This document shows, piece by piece, positions 1-9,501 of a DNA stretch of 64,000 bases. This DNA is from a virus, in the IMG/VR virus record IMGVR_UViG_3300037337_000032, positions 1 through 64,000 of that record; one strand, 5' to 3'. Below the pieces are notes generated by a model. That model saw nothing but the letters and a program-made list of their open reading frames with translations. It made no database searches and was not told where the DNA came from. The position numbers and the translations under genes are program-made. Each line of letters opens with the position of its first letter. Position 1 is the first letter of the stretch.

Positions 1-360
1 ATTAATTTCCATGCCTCGATCAGAAAAATCAAAGAATTTATCTTCTTCCTTTCCGTCTCCAGCTATTTGCTGCATTGCCCAGAGTATTTCATCTAAAATA
101 TAATTCCAGCGTTCAAAATGAAATTCATCTGTATCCCATTCTTTTTCTTTGCTTGCAGCTGAAGTAGAACGAATAGCAACTGGTACGTCTTCGTCTTCAG
201 TACAAGGAGCACCATGCTTTGTTGCTTTTAGCTGTTGAAGCATAGGTACAATAATCATCGCTAGAGTATGATCCATACTCCAGGTATCAAACTTATCAAT
301 TTTAATGCTGATTGATCGAACAGTAGTATTTTTCTTATATGCTCCGATAGAAACTTTCAC
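1..360 (-). CDS. Conserved hypothetical phage protein (partial, runs off window start)
   Basis: GTG at 360 after GGAG RBS; manual translation MKVSIGAY...IKIDKFDTWSMDHTLAMIIVPMLQQLKATKHGAP, open to position 1. Confidence 0.7.
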   Translation of the reverse strand, partial: MKVSIGAYKKNTTVRSISIKIDKFDTWSMDHTLAMIIVPMLQQLKATKHGAPCTEDEDVPVAIRSTSAASKEKEWDTDEFHFERWNYILDEILWAMQQIAGDGKEEDKFFDFSDRGMEIN

Positions 361-362
361 AC

Positions 363-623
363 TTACTCTCCTTGCTTATTATAAGTAATATGATTTTTAA
401 TTTTCCAAGTCTCAAATACTGCAGAACCATTTGCATCTTCGTCTGTACAGATCTGTACAACAGTCTTCATTACCCTTGCAAATCTTACACCATCGGTTAC
501 ATCTATCTCGTGTGTGAAACCCTGTTGATTTGCCCAATCGTTGCTAGTAAACCTATAGGTAAAATAATTACCCACAGATACCTCTTGAAACTCACCTAAA
601 TTGTGCTGCTTAAAGGAAATCAT
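363..623 (-). CDS. Hypothetical phage protein
   Basis: 86-aa ORF with AAAGG RBS, co-oriented with neighbours. Confidence 0.6.
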   Translation of the reverse strand: MISFKQHNLGEFQEVSVGNYFTYRFTSNDWANQQGFTHEIDVTDGVRFARVMKTVVQICTDEDANGSAVFETWKIKNHITYNKQGE

Positions 624-676
624 GCTGTGGCCTTTCTTTGTTTAAATGCTAATTACAAGGTAAATTATACAGCTTT

Positions 677-979
677 TTACAGCTTATGCGAAAATTCTAA
701 AACTTTACTTGCGTTGTATTTTTCATAATTTCTGATAGGACTGCGGTTGTCTGTGTGCAAATAAGTACTTTTTGCTTCCGTGCTGTACTTAGCCTTGTAA
801 GCAGACAAGAATAAATAAGTATCCCAATCTTCTTCAAGGTAGGCTGTAGAGCCTTTGATGTAGCTATAAGAGCTGATTTGATCAACAAGACCTAGTTGGA
901 TCAATTCCGTAAGCTTAACTGCCATCCAACCGTGCGCTGGATCTGCATAGAATTTGTAAGTTTTGGCTTTATGTTTCAT
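677..979 (-). CDS. Conserved hypothetical phage protein (DPxHGW motif)
   Basis: FYADPAHGWMAV...SSYSY...AYLEEDWD motifs; GGAG RBS. Confidence 0.65.
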   Translation of the reverse strand: MKHKAKTYKFYADPAHGWMAVKLTELIQLGLVDQISSYSYIKGSTAYLEEDWDTYLFLSAYKAKYSTEAKSTYLHTDNRSPIRNYEKYNASKVLEFSHKL

Positions 980-1053
980 TTTAACTCCAAGTGTTTAAGC
1001 TTAAATTATAACGCAAAAAAGCTCCGTAGGATATACCCACAGAGCTTTAAAGG

Positions 1054-1581
1054 TTATTTAGTATCTTTGTAAAAAGTGTGAGCACCTATTACAGCATATG
1101 TATCTTTTGTTTTTGTCCAGTAGTTAGAGATTGATTTATGTGCATAAAATAATACCGAAGGATTTAGTACGTTCTTAAAAGAACCTTTCTGGATGCTCTC
1201 TACTACAGACTCTACTTTAGCATAAGCTCTGATGCTCATACGGTCGATATGCTTTACTTTTTCAACATCCGGCATATTTTTAGCTAAATAACTGAACTGT
1301 CCTTTTTGATATATTACTGCACAGTATGTCATCGGGAATTTTAAGCTATTTTTCCTATTCTCTATTACCGAAGCAACCGCCATAATGCCCTTTAGACTTT
1401 GATTGCCAGCTTCGTACCACAGTGCATTCTTCAGACAATTTGCCTGTCTTTTTTTATCCTGTTCTTGTGCTATGTAAGTATTTTTTTCTATCTTAGTATA
1501 TGCCTGATATTCAGACACAAGCATAAAAAATACAATTAACATCCCAATGTACAGCACAATGTACTTAAATAGTATAGGCAT
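1054..1581 (-). CDS. Cell wall hydrolase, SleB/Hydrolase_2 family
   Basis: CL..ALWYEAGNQ...G..AVASVIENR...FP.T.C.VIYQ.GQFS and IGAHTFY; N-terminal TM segment. Confidence 0.85.
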   Translation of the reverse strand: MPILFKYIVLYIGMLIVFFMLVSEYQAYTKIEKNTYIAQEQDKKRQANCLKNALWYEAGNQSLKGIMAVASVIENRKNSLKFPMTYCAVIYQKGQFSYLAKNMPDVEKVKHIDRMSIRAYAKVESVVESIQKGSFKNVLNPSVLFYAHKSISNYWTKTKDTYAVIGAHTFYKDTK

Positions 1582-2391
1582 TATTCTTCTCCACGCTTGG
1601 CCTTACGTTGATTGCTGAAGTCTTTCTTTTTTTTATCCTTCTCTTTCACACGGGACTCTTCGTAGCCTGCGTCATCAAAGCGTTTCTTTTTAGCTTTGTT
1701 GTTTTGTAGATAAGAACTCTGCATGATTTTTCCTAGTTAATTAAATAAGATTGAATTATACTGCAATTTCTTGCTTTGAGCTGCATTGCTCAAAAATATA
1801 CTGAGCTTCCTCGAAACTTTGCTCAATAGCTACATAATTTACAGTTTCACTGTCGTAGTCTACTTCAACTACATCATAAAGAGATTTAATTTCTTTACTG
1901 CGAATAATAACGAACTCAGTCTTTTTCATAAATATCCTCTATATTAATAAGATGTTTTCTTGTATTCTTTTTCAACTTCTAGTCGAAAAATTGCATCTGC
2001 CATTACTGTCTGGACTTGCAGTACAGAGTATATTTCATCTATTGTCATATCTTCTCTTGCCTCTTCAACTAATTTTTGCAAAAGAGCATCAAATGAGTCC
2101 CTATTCATAGTAGTCCTTTAAATTGCTATTGTTAAAATATTGCAAACTCTCTAGTACTTCTTTTTCATCTTCTTGTGAATTAAATTCTAGAGAGTCTTCA
2201 TTATATATGGAATTTAGCTCAATTTTCTGCTCTTTATTGTTTTTATTCAAAATAGTGCTTCCGGTAAGTTTGATAGATCTTTTTTAGTATCATAAGTATT
2301 CTTTGCGTCTATAAGAGCTTGGCTCTCTTTTGTACGTTCTGCATTACTTATAGGAAAAGGCCAGTTCTTAGTTTGGCTGTCGAGATGTTGT

Positions 2392-2697
2392 TTATCCTTC
2401 ATAGTGTCCTTTTAAGTATCTCTTCATTGCAATGTCTGAACCTACAGACAACCTGAAAGAATCATAACACACTTTTTGTAGGTCTGAGTTCAATTTCTCG
2501 TAGCTTTTTAATTTTTGCATTCTGATTGTTCCTAGACCAGTCAAGCGGACTGAACCGTTCTCAGCCAGAAGCTTTTGCAAGCATTTTGTTAGGTGCTCTA
2601 ATACATCTTCTACTTCGTAAGTGTGGTAGTTGCAGGACTTCGCTACAGCTGCAATAAGCTCGGCATTACTTACGGGAGTTTTTACTTTAGTTTGCAC
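2392..2697 (-). CDS. HU/IHF-like DNA-binding protein
   Basis: SNAELIAAVAK...L.ENGSVRLTGLGTI, histone-like fold pattern. Confidence 0.7.
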   Translation of the reverse strand: MQTKVKTPVSNAELIAAVAKSCNYHTYEVEDVLEHLTKCLQKLLAENGSVRLTGLGTIRMQKLKSYEKLNSDLQKVCYDSFRLSVGSDIAMKRYLKGHYEG

Positions 2698-2900
2698 TGA
2701 AATACTTCCATAAAATTAGGTAATGCAAATGAATTGAATATCTCTTCAGTCTCTGCAAAGGTAATCTGATTTGCAACACATAGCAAGTTAAACACTCTAT
2801 TGTCCCCGAGTACACTAAAGAAATCACCCTCTGTTAGCTTATTAAGTTTAACGGGTATAGCGATTATTTCCCAATCTTGAATGTCATGTTCGTTAATCAT
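2682..2900 (-). CDS. Hypothetical protein
   Basis: 72-aa ORF translationally coupled to thyX and the HU-like gene. Confidence 0.55.
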   Translation of the reverse strand: MINEHDIQDWEIIAIPVKLNKLTEGDFFSVLGDNRVFNLLCVANQITFAETEEIFNSFALPNFMEVFQCKLK

Positions 2901-4609
2901 TATAATTCCTCCAGATTGAATACCTTACTGATAGCTTGTGCAACTGCCAATGCAATTTCACGGTGCTCTGTTTGTGTGCTTTCATCTTTACGCACTTCAA
3001 TATAATGGATAAAACTACGAATAGTCCCCTGCATGTATAAACGAGACATTGTATTACCTTCTGGTAGTACTGCACGAGCTTGTTCTTTAGCAATACCGTG
3101 TTCAATTGCCCATTTATAAGCTTCACTAGAAGCTTCAATTACGCGCTTTTGTTGTACTTCCCATTGAAATGCAAGCTTACGGTGGTCATTGTTTTGCATA
3201 TCCAGTGGAATGGAATTCTGACGGTTCTTTGTATCTTGCAGTCGAGCATCACGTAATACAAATGCTAAATCTTTTACAGGATCCGCGTAACGCTGACTAT
3301 TATGGGTAAGAATACCGTTTCCAATGTAATTATGACTCACATGGTCAACTTCCATATCATATGTCATTTGTTCCCCCATATACTTTATAGAGACAACTTC
3401 ACTCCACTCTACAGTAAGTGTATTTCCCTTAGATTTCTCCCTCCAAATTTTACAGTCTCCGTTTAAACCGTGGTGTTCTTTGTGGCACTTCTTGCAAAGA
3501 ACTTCAATGTTGTCCTTATCATAAGCAAACTCAGGATATTCAGCTACAGTTTTAACGTGATGCATTTCCAACTTCTCATTAGAAGAACACCGCTTACATT
3601 TGTAATCAACTGATTGCAAAAACTCACTCCGCAAAGAGGTACACCAATCTGCAATTTTCTGTCTCTCGCTGCGATCTACCCCACCTCTCCATAAATTAGA
3701 TTCGCTACCTTTTCTTGCAGACTTGCGCATTTTTTCAATTGTTTCCATAGAGTGTTTAGGAAGATTGTATCCATAGGCTCCTTTGTTCCAAGCAATAGTA
3801 TATGAAGCTACCTCTTGTTTTGTAAACTGAAGTTTATGAACTTTCAACCATTTGCGAATAGTATGCGTACTAACTTCAGCAGCGTGAGCAATATAATTCA
3901 AGCCCTCACCTGACGCAATAGCTTCCTCTTTTGTTGCTGAAAGCCAAGCTTTGTCTTGATGTACAGCAATACCGTTACAAGCTAAGAAAGATTTTTTACG
4001 CATTGCTGCTGTGTCATTTGACATAAATAATCCTACAGCTTCTTCCATAGTTTGAAAACCATCTTGAGTAAAGAACTTGTGTTCTTTAGTCGCGGTAATA
4101 GACTTACCATTTGCCAACGTAAGTTTAAACACAGGTTTGATACCTGTACAAAATACTTCCTTAATGCCTACAGCAGTAAACACTTTACTTTTTTCATCAA
4201 ATACACGAACATATTTTGGCAAGCTACCTTTTAACTGGAGATTGTATAAGTGCTCAATACTGCGTTTATAGGCAGATCGTTTACTATTTTTAACTCCACT
4301 TGGTAGTTCAAGTGTAATTAAAGTATCACCTGCTACACAAAACTCCTGAAATGCAAAGCTACGGTGACGCAAGATCTGTCTTGCAATATCACGGGTAGTT
4401 TCAATCTCTACCGTAGCACTTGCCATTTCAAACGGAGAAAAATGCTTATGCTTTAGTAGATACTTCAAAAGCTTATCTGCAGTGTCATTATTAAATTGAT
4501 TACTCGGATTAGATACCCTAGCACAAAAAGCAATAAGATCTTTTGCTGAACTAAAGCTTTCTTTGAATTCTTCTGCTGCTTGCGTGTAACCTACTAATTT
4601 TACTTTCAA
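2900..4609 (-). CDS. thyX: Flavin-dependent thymidylate synthase ThyX, intein-containing
   Basis: HFSPFE, RQILRHRSFAFQEF|intein|SQRY, AKEQARAVLP, TQ.EHR motifs; mature protein about 222 aa. Confidence 0.93.
   Translation of the reverse strand: MKVKLVGYTQAAEEFKESFSSAKDLIAFCARVSNPSNQFNNDTADKLLKYLLKHKHFSPFEMASATVEIETTRDIARQILRHRSFAFQEFCVAGDTLITLELPSGVKNSKRSAYKRSIEHLYNLQLKGSLPKYVRVFDEKSKVFTAVGIKEVFCTGIKPVFKLTLANGKSITATKEHKFFTQDGFQTMEEAVGLFMSNDTAAMRKKSFLACNGIAVHQDKAWLSATKEEAIASGEGLNYIAHAAEVSTHTIRKWLKVHKLQFTKQEVASYTIAWNKGAYGYNLPKHSMETIEKMRKSARKGSESNLWRGGVDRSERQKIADWCTSLRSEFLQSVDYKCKRCSSNEKLEMHHVKTVAEYPEFAYDKDNIEVLCKKCHKEHHGLNGDCKIWREKSKGNTLTVEWSEVVSIKYMGEQMTYDMEVDHVSHNYIGNGILTHNSQRYADPVKDLAFVLRDARLQDTKNRQNSIPLDMQNNDHRKLAFQWEVQQKRVIEASSEAYKWAIEHGIAKEQARAVLPEGNTMSRLYMQGTIRSFIHYIEVRKDESTQTEHREIALAVAQAISKVFNLEEL
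3299..4339 (-). mobile_element. Intein in ThyX (347 aa) carrying HNH endonuclease and NUMOD3-like segment
   Basis: Starts CVAGDT, block B ATKEHKFFT, ends TYDMEVDHVSHNYIGNGILTHN followed by Ser; internal CKRC..LEMHH...NIEVLCKKCHKEHH. Confidence 0.92.
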
Positions 4610-5181
4610 GATAAATCCTTTCGATGTTGATCTGCTAAATATATTTCTTCATTCTGCATAAACTTACTAATCTCAACCTCATCAATGAATTTGTGTTTAT
4701 CGTATAGAATATATGCTGAATCTAAACCAACGTCAAGCATTTTACCACGAGAATCTTTAAAATTACCATGACAATGCCCATGTAGATGCCATGCACCATG
4801 ACTTTGACGATGCCAACTTGCAATAGGAAAGTGAAATAGTACAACGGGTATTTCACCTATTGTAATTTCTTTATAATCATACCATGCAGCAATTAGTTTA
4901 TCTTTTACAAGTTGATCTAGGTGTTCACGACGATCGTGATTCCCTTTAATAAATATCTTTTGGCCTTTCAGCTTAGATACAGCTTCCGCTAGATCTTGAT
5001 AGTTTTTATAGAATGATAAATCTCCAAGGTGATATACAATATCTCCTGAAGATACTTCTGTATTCCATAAGTTAATAATCCACCGATCGTGATTTTCTTG
5101 TGATAAACAATCAATGCCTCTATTAGTAAACTTAACAATATTTTTATGACCTAAATGTAAATCACTTGTAAAGATCTTCAT
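4606..5181 (-). CDS. Calcineurin-like metallophosphoesterase
   Basis: SDLHLGH, LGD, GNHD, HGHCH motifs. Confidence 0.9.
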   Translation of the reverse strand: MKIFTSDLHLGHKNIVKFTNRGIDCLSQENHDRWIINLWNTEVSSGDIVYHLGDLSFYKNYQDLAEAVSKLKGQKIFIKGNHDRREHLDQLVKDKLIAAWYDYKEITIGEIPVVLFHFPIASWHRQSHGAWHLHGHCHGNFKDSRGKMLDVGLDSAYILYDKHKFIDEVEISKFMQNEEIYLADQHRKDLS

Positions 5182-5192
5182 TTAATAGCCCT

Positions 5193-5630
5193 TTAAAGTT
5201 GGATACAAAACTTACTTTTCATCTTCTGTATTGTATCATCAGGGTAACCGTGGATATTTTTATTACCGTGATAATTTTCTACAACAAGGGATACAAAGTT
5301 TGCACCGGCCATCATAGCAATATCCATGTATGTTTGTACTTCCCAGTCTGTAACGCTAGTATTTGATACAGAGACATTGAAGCCCTGCTCTAAAAAGTGC
5401 AAAGCTGTACTCCTGCAATATGTATGTGCTTCTTTCAGTTTGCTAGCATCAAAATTATAGTCAAAACAATTAGTAACTGCATTATATTTATAAAAATAAT
5501 CATCAGCTTCTACATCAAGGGTAGTTACAGCGCATTTATTTAAAATAGCTGCAACTGTACTTTTTCCAGATCCAGGTAAACCACGAATTAGAAATAGTGT
5601 AGGTTTTTCTTTATTCATTAAATTCTCCAA
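5193..5630 (-). CDS. P-loop kinase (polynucleotide kinase-like, AAA_33)
   Basis: RGLPGSGKST Walker A, EADDYF, VSNT, N.HG.P motifs. Confidence 0.8.
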   Translation of the reverse strand: MENLMNKEKPTLFLIRGLPGSGKSTVAAILNKCAVTTLDVEADDYFYKYNAVTNCFDYNFDASKLKEAHTYCRSTALHFLEQGFNVSVSNTSVTDWEVQTYMDIAMMAGANFVSLVVENYHGNKNIHGYPDDTIQKMKSKFCIQL

Positions 5631-5826
5631 AATGTTTTTTTACTACTGCTACACCTTCATCAACATCAGTGTAGTGCAGCATAATGTTGGTACATTCCTG
5701 CACAATCAACTGGGCAAACTCTTCCATGTATTTGACACCACTTGGCAATCCATTCTGCTCAGGTTTGTATCCAGTCTTCTCTGTGCGACATACCTGCTGG
5801 GCCAGTTGTAGAATTCGTTCGTTCAT
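5611..5826 (-). CDS. Hypothetical phage protein
   Basis: MNERI.QLA...EEFAQLIVQEC...KHFG pattern; GGAG RBS. Confidence 0.65.
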   Translation of the reverse strand: MNERILQLAQQVCRTEKTGYKPEQNGLPSGVKYMEEFAQLIVQECTNIMLHYTDVDEGVAVVKKHFGEFNE

Positions 5827-5877
5827 TTTATGCTCCTTGGTACTAAGTGTTAATTATAGTAGATTTTGGATCAATTG

Positions 5878-6174
5878 TCATCCAGCAATAATTTTAATTT
5901 TGTGCCCCAGCAGCACTTCAATTTCGGCAACTGTCAACTGTTTAACTGGCTTGATTACTTCAGCTTCGGTAACTTGATTGCCATTCAAGAACCACGACTT
6001 GTCGCCACTAATACACTCAATAGCCGGTCCATCTTCACGATGCAGTAGTCCATTTAAGTACCATACCTTGTCGCCATCAGTACACTCAACTGCTGGTCCA
6101 TGTGTACGATGCAGTTGGCCATTTAAGTACCACTCGGTTTTGTCTGTGCTAACTTGTACGGTGTATTCGATCAT
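5878..6174 (-). CDS. LHREDGPA-repeat protein
   Basis: Repeats WYLNGQLHRTHGPAVE, WYLNGLLHREDGPAIE, WFLNG. Confidence 0.75.
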   Translation of the reverse strand: MIEYTVQVSTDKTEWYLNGQLHRTHGPAVECTDGDKVWYLNGLLHREDGPAIECISGDKSWFLNGNQVTEAEVIKPVKQLTVAEIEVLLGHKIKIIAG

Positions 6175-6185
6175 TTTGGTTTCCT

Positions 6186-6599
6186 TTATTTATAGTAAAC
6201 TTTTTGTATTTCGACTGCATTGTCTTGCAAGTATTGTACACCAGAATTGTCTCTATATTCATCCCTGTAGAAGAACTTTTTGATGCCAGAGTCTACAATG
6301 TCAATTGCACAGAAGTTACAGCAAGCGTGTGTGCAGAACATTGTAGCACCAACTGCACTTTGATTACTACGTACAAGCCCCATTAGAGCGTTCTTTTCAC
6401 TGTGACGTACCCTAGGGTCAGTAGTACCGTCTTGCAGCTGATTAGGGTCGTTTATGTGCTCTGCATGTGCATTGTAACCACAAGATATGATACGGTTGTC
6501 TTTTACGATAACAGATCCTACTCTTAACCTTTTGTCATTACTACAATGCGAGAAAGCTTCTGCGCATTTCATATAAGCTTGAATGTGCTTAGACTTCAT
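6186..6599 (-). CDS. dCMP deaminase-like protein
   Basis: VG.VIVKDNRIIS.GYN, HSEKNA, THACCNFCA zinc motifs. Confidence 0.85.
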   Translation of the reverse strand: MKSKHIQAYMKCAEAFSHCSNDKRLRVGSVIVKDNRIISCGYNAHAEHINDPNQLQDGTTDPRVRHSEKNALMGLVRSNQSAVGATMFCTHACCNFCAIDIVDSGIKKFFYRDEYRDNSGVQYLQDNAVEIQKVYYK

Positions 6600-6972
6600 A
6601 TTCTTTTACTCCGTTTTCAGTCGTATATCTTACAAGTTTAACTCCAAAACCTTTTAGCATAGCTTGGCAAGTTAGGCAAGGTTTAGCTAAGGCAAGATCA
6701 CCATTATCGTGAAAACGCTGCACCAGTATGCTATGAATATCTTTACGTCCGCATTGTAGCACAGCGGCTAACTCAGCATGCATAAAGATCTTTTCTTTAG
6801 CTTCACCTGCTTTAACCGCAAAGTGCAGCATCAGTGGATGGGACTTGTAATAATTATTAGTTCCTGCGCCTAGAATTTTACCTTTACGATCAAAGCATGT
6901 TGCAACAATAGTGTAGCGTTTTCTATCAGCCATGTTAGCGAAGTTTTTTAAGTTTACGTTGAATTTGTTCAA
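6589..6972 (-). CDS. Second zinc-dependent cytidine/deoxycytidylate deaminase-fold protein
   Basis: MHAELAA and AKPCLTCQ motifs. Confidence 0.75.
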   Translation of the reverse strand: MNKFNVNLKNFANMADRKRYTIVATCFDRKGKILGAGTNNYYKSHPLMLHFAVKAGEAKEKIFMHAELAAVLQCGRKDIHSILVQRFHDNGDLALAKPCLTCQAMLKGFGVKLVRYTTENGVKEYEV

Positions 6973-7357
6973 GACACCGCATTGAGGTTTTAATTTTTCT
7001 TTGGTGAGAACGTAGGTGGTTTAAGCCCTTGAAAGTTGTAGCTGAAGTTGAGTCCTCTGGGTCACACAAAAGCCAAGAACTCTGAATACTAGTATTTAGT
7101 TCTGCTAAGTGACTATGAGCTAAATTCAGTATAGAAGTATTAAGGTCTGTCAGGAATTGTAGTTCCTTTTTTGTAAGTGCCCCAGGGTCTTTAATTTTAC
7201 TAATACTCTTATTAGCCTTTAATAGCACAGACTCTTGGACTGGTAGACCTAGCATAGCTCGTTCAGCTTTTTGCCAGGCAATCTCTGCCAAGTTGAGATC
7301 GACCCCAGCTAGGCCCATCTTGTTAGCCATGTGTAAAAACTCACTTGTAAAAATCAT
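6935..7357 (-). CDS. Hypothetical protein
   Basis: 140-aa ORF with AAAGGA RBS, first gene of the leftward unit. Confidence 0.6.
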   Translation of the reverse strand: MIFTSEFLHMANKMGLAGVDLNLAEIAWQKAERAMLGLPVQESVLLKANKSISKIKDPGALTKKELQFLTDLNTSILNLAHSHLAELNTSIQSSWLLCDPEDSTSATTFKGLNHLRSHQRKIKTSMRCLEQIQRKLKKLR

Positions 7358-7389
7358 AAAAAGTTCCTTTCGTTAAAGTTTAAGGCTTG

Positions 7390-7480
7390 ATCTTAGCACA
7401 AGAATTTGCATTTGCAACAAACAACTGTAAAAATTATCTTACAAAAAAGTACTTGACAAGATATGATAAACTGCTACAAT
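7390..7480. promoter_or_regulatory. Divergent sigma70-like promoters
   Basis: Plus strand TTGACA...TGCTACAAT (about 7453-7480); minus strand TGCTAAGAT near 7390-7398; lies between divergent gene blocks. Confidence 0.6.
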
Positions 7481-7644
7481 CCCAAACGGGACGAGGGACG
7501 GAGGGACAAGTGAAGGGTGACAAGCTCGGGGTTCATCGCTGAAGTTCATAACTGAAGTATAACTGCAGTTTAACATGAGTTGAGCATAAGTTAGTACTTT
7601 ATTATTAGTTTTATAAATTTAACTCATTAACGTAAAGGGTAAGT

Positions 7645-7875
7645 ATGAAATATTCTAAAAGTAAACCTGTAGTACACTATAAAGGTGAAGCCAGTTTCTT
7701 CTATCACAGTGAAGACTCTAATGTGCTTGTAGCAAAATTAGCTTTTGTAACAGATCACCCTAAGTTGGGTAGTTGCTACAATGTAAGAACTAGTGCAGTG
7801 ATGGACGTTAGAAATGATGGTACAATTGAGACTAGAAACACAATCTACAAACCAGTGCCAGCTGATCCCCGTTAG
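7645..7875 (+). CDS. Hypothetical phage protein
   Basis: DHP.LG....VRTS.V......IETRNTIYK pattern. Confidence 0.65.
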   Translation: MKYSKSKPVVHYKGEASFFYHSEDSNVLVAKLAFVTDHPKLGSCYNVRTSAVMDVRNDGTIETRNTIYKPVPADPR

Positions 7876-7907
7876 TTGGATCTATTTTATAACTAGGACT
7901 ACATGAA

Positions 7908-8321
7908 ATGCAAGAAATGCAAGATAACATGCAAGAACACATATTACGTAATGCAATAATTACGCCAGATGGTACTTACCTAGAGAGCTTTCATAGGCAT
8001 GACTATAAGAGTCATCAGGATAGCTTAACAGGAGAACTTTACATGGTAGACGGAGGATATGACTACGTACGTAGATCAGTCAACAAAGTGCCTGCACAGG
8101 ACTTGACCGTAACAACTTTAGATCCGTTTACTTTACAACGACGTGCTTTTACCTGGGGATCTTATGGTAAAATGCAGGATCAAGAGAAGCACTATATTTT
8201 TCTGTGTGATCTGTCGGAAGAGCATATTTGTGCTATACTTAGAACTCAAGATAGACTCAAGGGTACTTACGTAGAGGTACTTCTAGAGAAAGAATTGGTT
8301 TACCGTAAAGGAGAAATTTAA
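7908..8321 (+). CDS. Conserved hypothetical phage protein
   Basis: NAI.TPDGT.L.S.HRHDY...YMVDGG.DY.RRS motif. Confidence 0.7.
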   Translation: MQEMQDNMQEHILRNAIITPDGTYLESFHRHDYKSHQDSLTGELYMVDGGYDYVRRSVNKVPAQDLTVTTLDPFTLQRRAFTWGSYGKMQDQEKHYIFLCDLSEEHICAILRTQDRLKGTYVEVLLEKELVYRKGEI

Positions 8322-8564
8322 TGTCAGATGTTGAGAAATTTTGGGCTGCTGCTTCTGTTAAATTTGGTACAACTCGTACTTGGCACGAGCTATCACCACA
8401 AGAGCAAATTCGTTTCGTAATGGGAATTAATATCTTAATGGAGATCCTATCAAAATGAAATTTCCTGCACTAATTTGGCAATCACCTTCTATGTTCTACT
8501 ACGCAGGCTTATACCTAAAGATTGGAAATAAAAGGTATCGTATATTTAAAGTAGGAAACAAATA

Positions 8565-9473
8565 ATGACAATCCCAGAAGGTTTTAAACCTCAGCTTGCA
8601 ATCGAGCATAGCAAAGTTAAGATGGTTCCTAAAGAAATGTATATGTCAGAAAAACTAGACGGCATACGCTGTCTTATATTTTCAGGTGTAGCGTATTCTC
8701 GCAGTCTAAAACCAATACCAAATAAAAGCATTCAAGCGTATGTAAAAATGCACGCTGAATTGTTAGAAGGATTAGATGGAGAACTGATTGTAGGTGATAA
8801 GAATGCACCGGACGTGTTTAACAAAAGTACTTCAGGTGTTATGCGTATCGAAGGAGAACCTGATTTTACTCTCTGGGTTTTTGATTACTGGACTCAACTA
8901 CGGACATGGTACTGGAGATACATAGAGTTAAATCAAATTCAAAGCTACTATGGATTTCCAGATAGAGTTAAAGTTCTAGAGCACTTTCAGGTTTACACTC
9001 AAGAAAATATTGACGAGTTTGAGGGTAAAATGCTTGCTCAAGGTGCAGAGGGTATCATGCTTAGAGATACAAATGGTTACTATAAGAATGGTCGCTCTGG
9101 TACTAAGAATCCTGAGTTGCAGAAGGTCAAACGCTTTGTTGATGCAGAATTTGAAATTATAGGTTGGGAGCCTAAGTACCATAATTCAAACGAAGCGAAG
9201 ACAAATGAATTAGGCCGCACAGAGCGATCTACAGCTAAAGATGGTATGGTAGCATTAGATACAATGGGAGCGTTGATTCTACGTGACTCTAAAGGGTATG
9301 TATTCAATTGTGGGAGTGGTATGACTGATGCAATCCGAGAAGACCTATGGAACCGCAGAGAAGCATTGATGGGTCAGCTAGCTAAGGTAAAATATTTCGA
9401 CGTTGGGACTGGGTACTCAGTACCGAGATTTCCTGTGCTAGTTGGTATCCGGCATAAAGATGATATTGGTTAA
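8565..9473 (+). CDS. ATP-dependent DNA ligase
   Basis: EKLDGIR motif I, LDGEL, EGIMLR, LQKVK, PRFPV. Confidence 0.93.
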   Translation: MTIPEGFKPQLAIEHSKVKMVPKEMYMSEKLDGIRCLIFSGVAYSRSLKPIPNKSIQAYVKMHAELLEGLDGELIVGDKNAPDVFNKSTSGVMRIEGEPDFTLWVFDYWTQLRTWYWRYIELNQIQSYYGFPDRVKVLEHFQVYTQENIDEFEGKMLAQGAEGIMLRDTNGYYKNGRSGTKNPELQKVKRFVDAEFEIIGWEPKYHNSNEAKTNELGRTERSTAKDGMVALDTMGALILRDSKGYVFNCGSGMTDAIREDLWNRREALMGQLAKVKYFDVGTGYSVPRFPVLVGIRHKDDIG

Positions 9474-9501
9474 TTTGACGGAACAAAAAAAGGACAACAA
9501 A

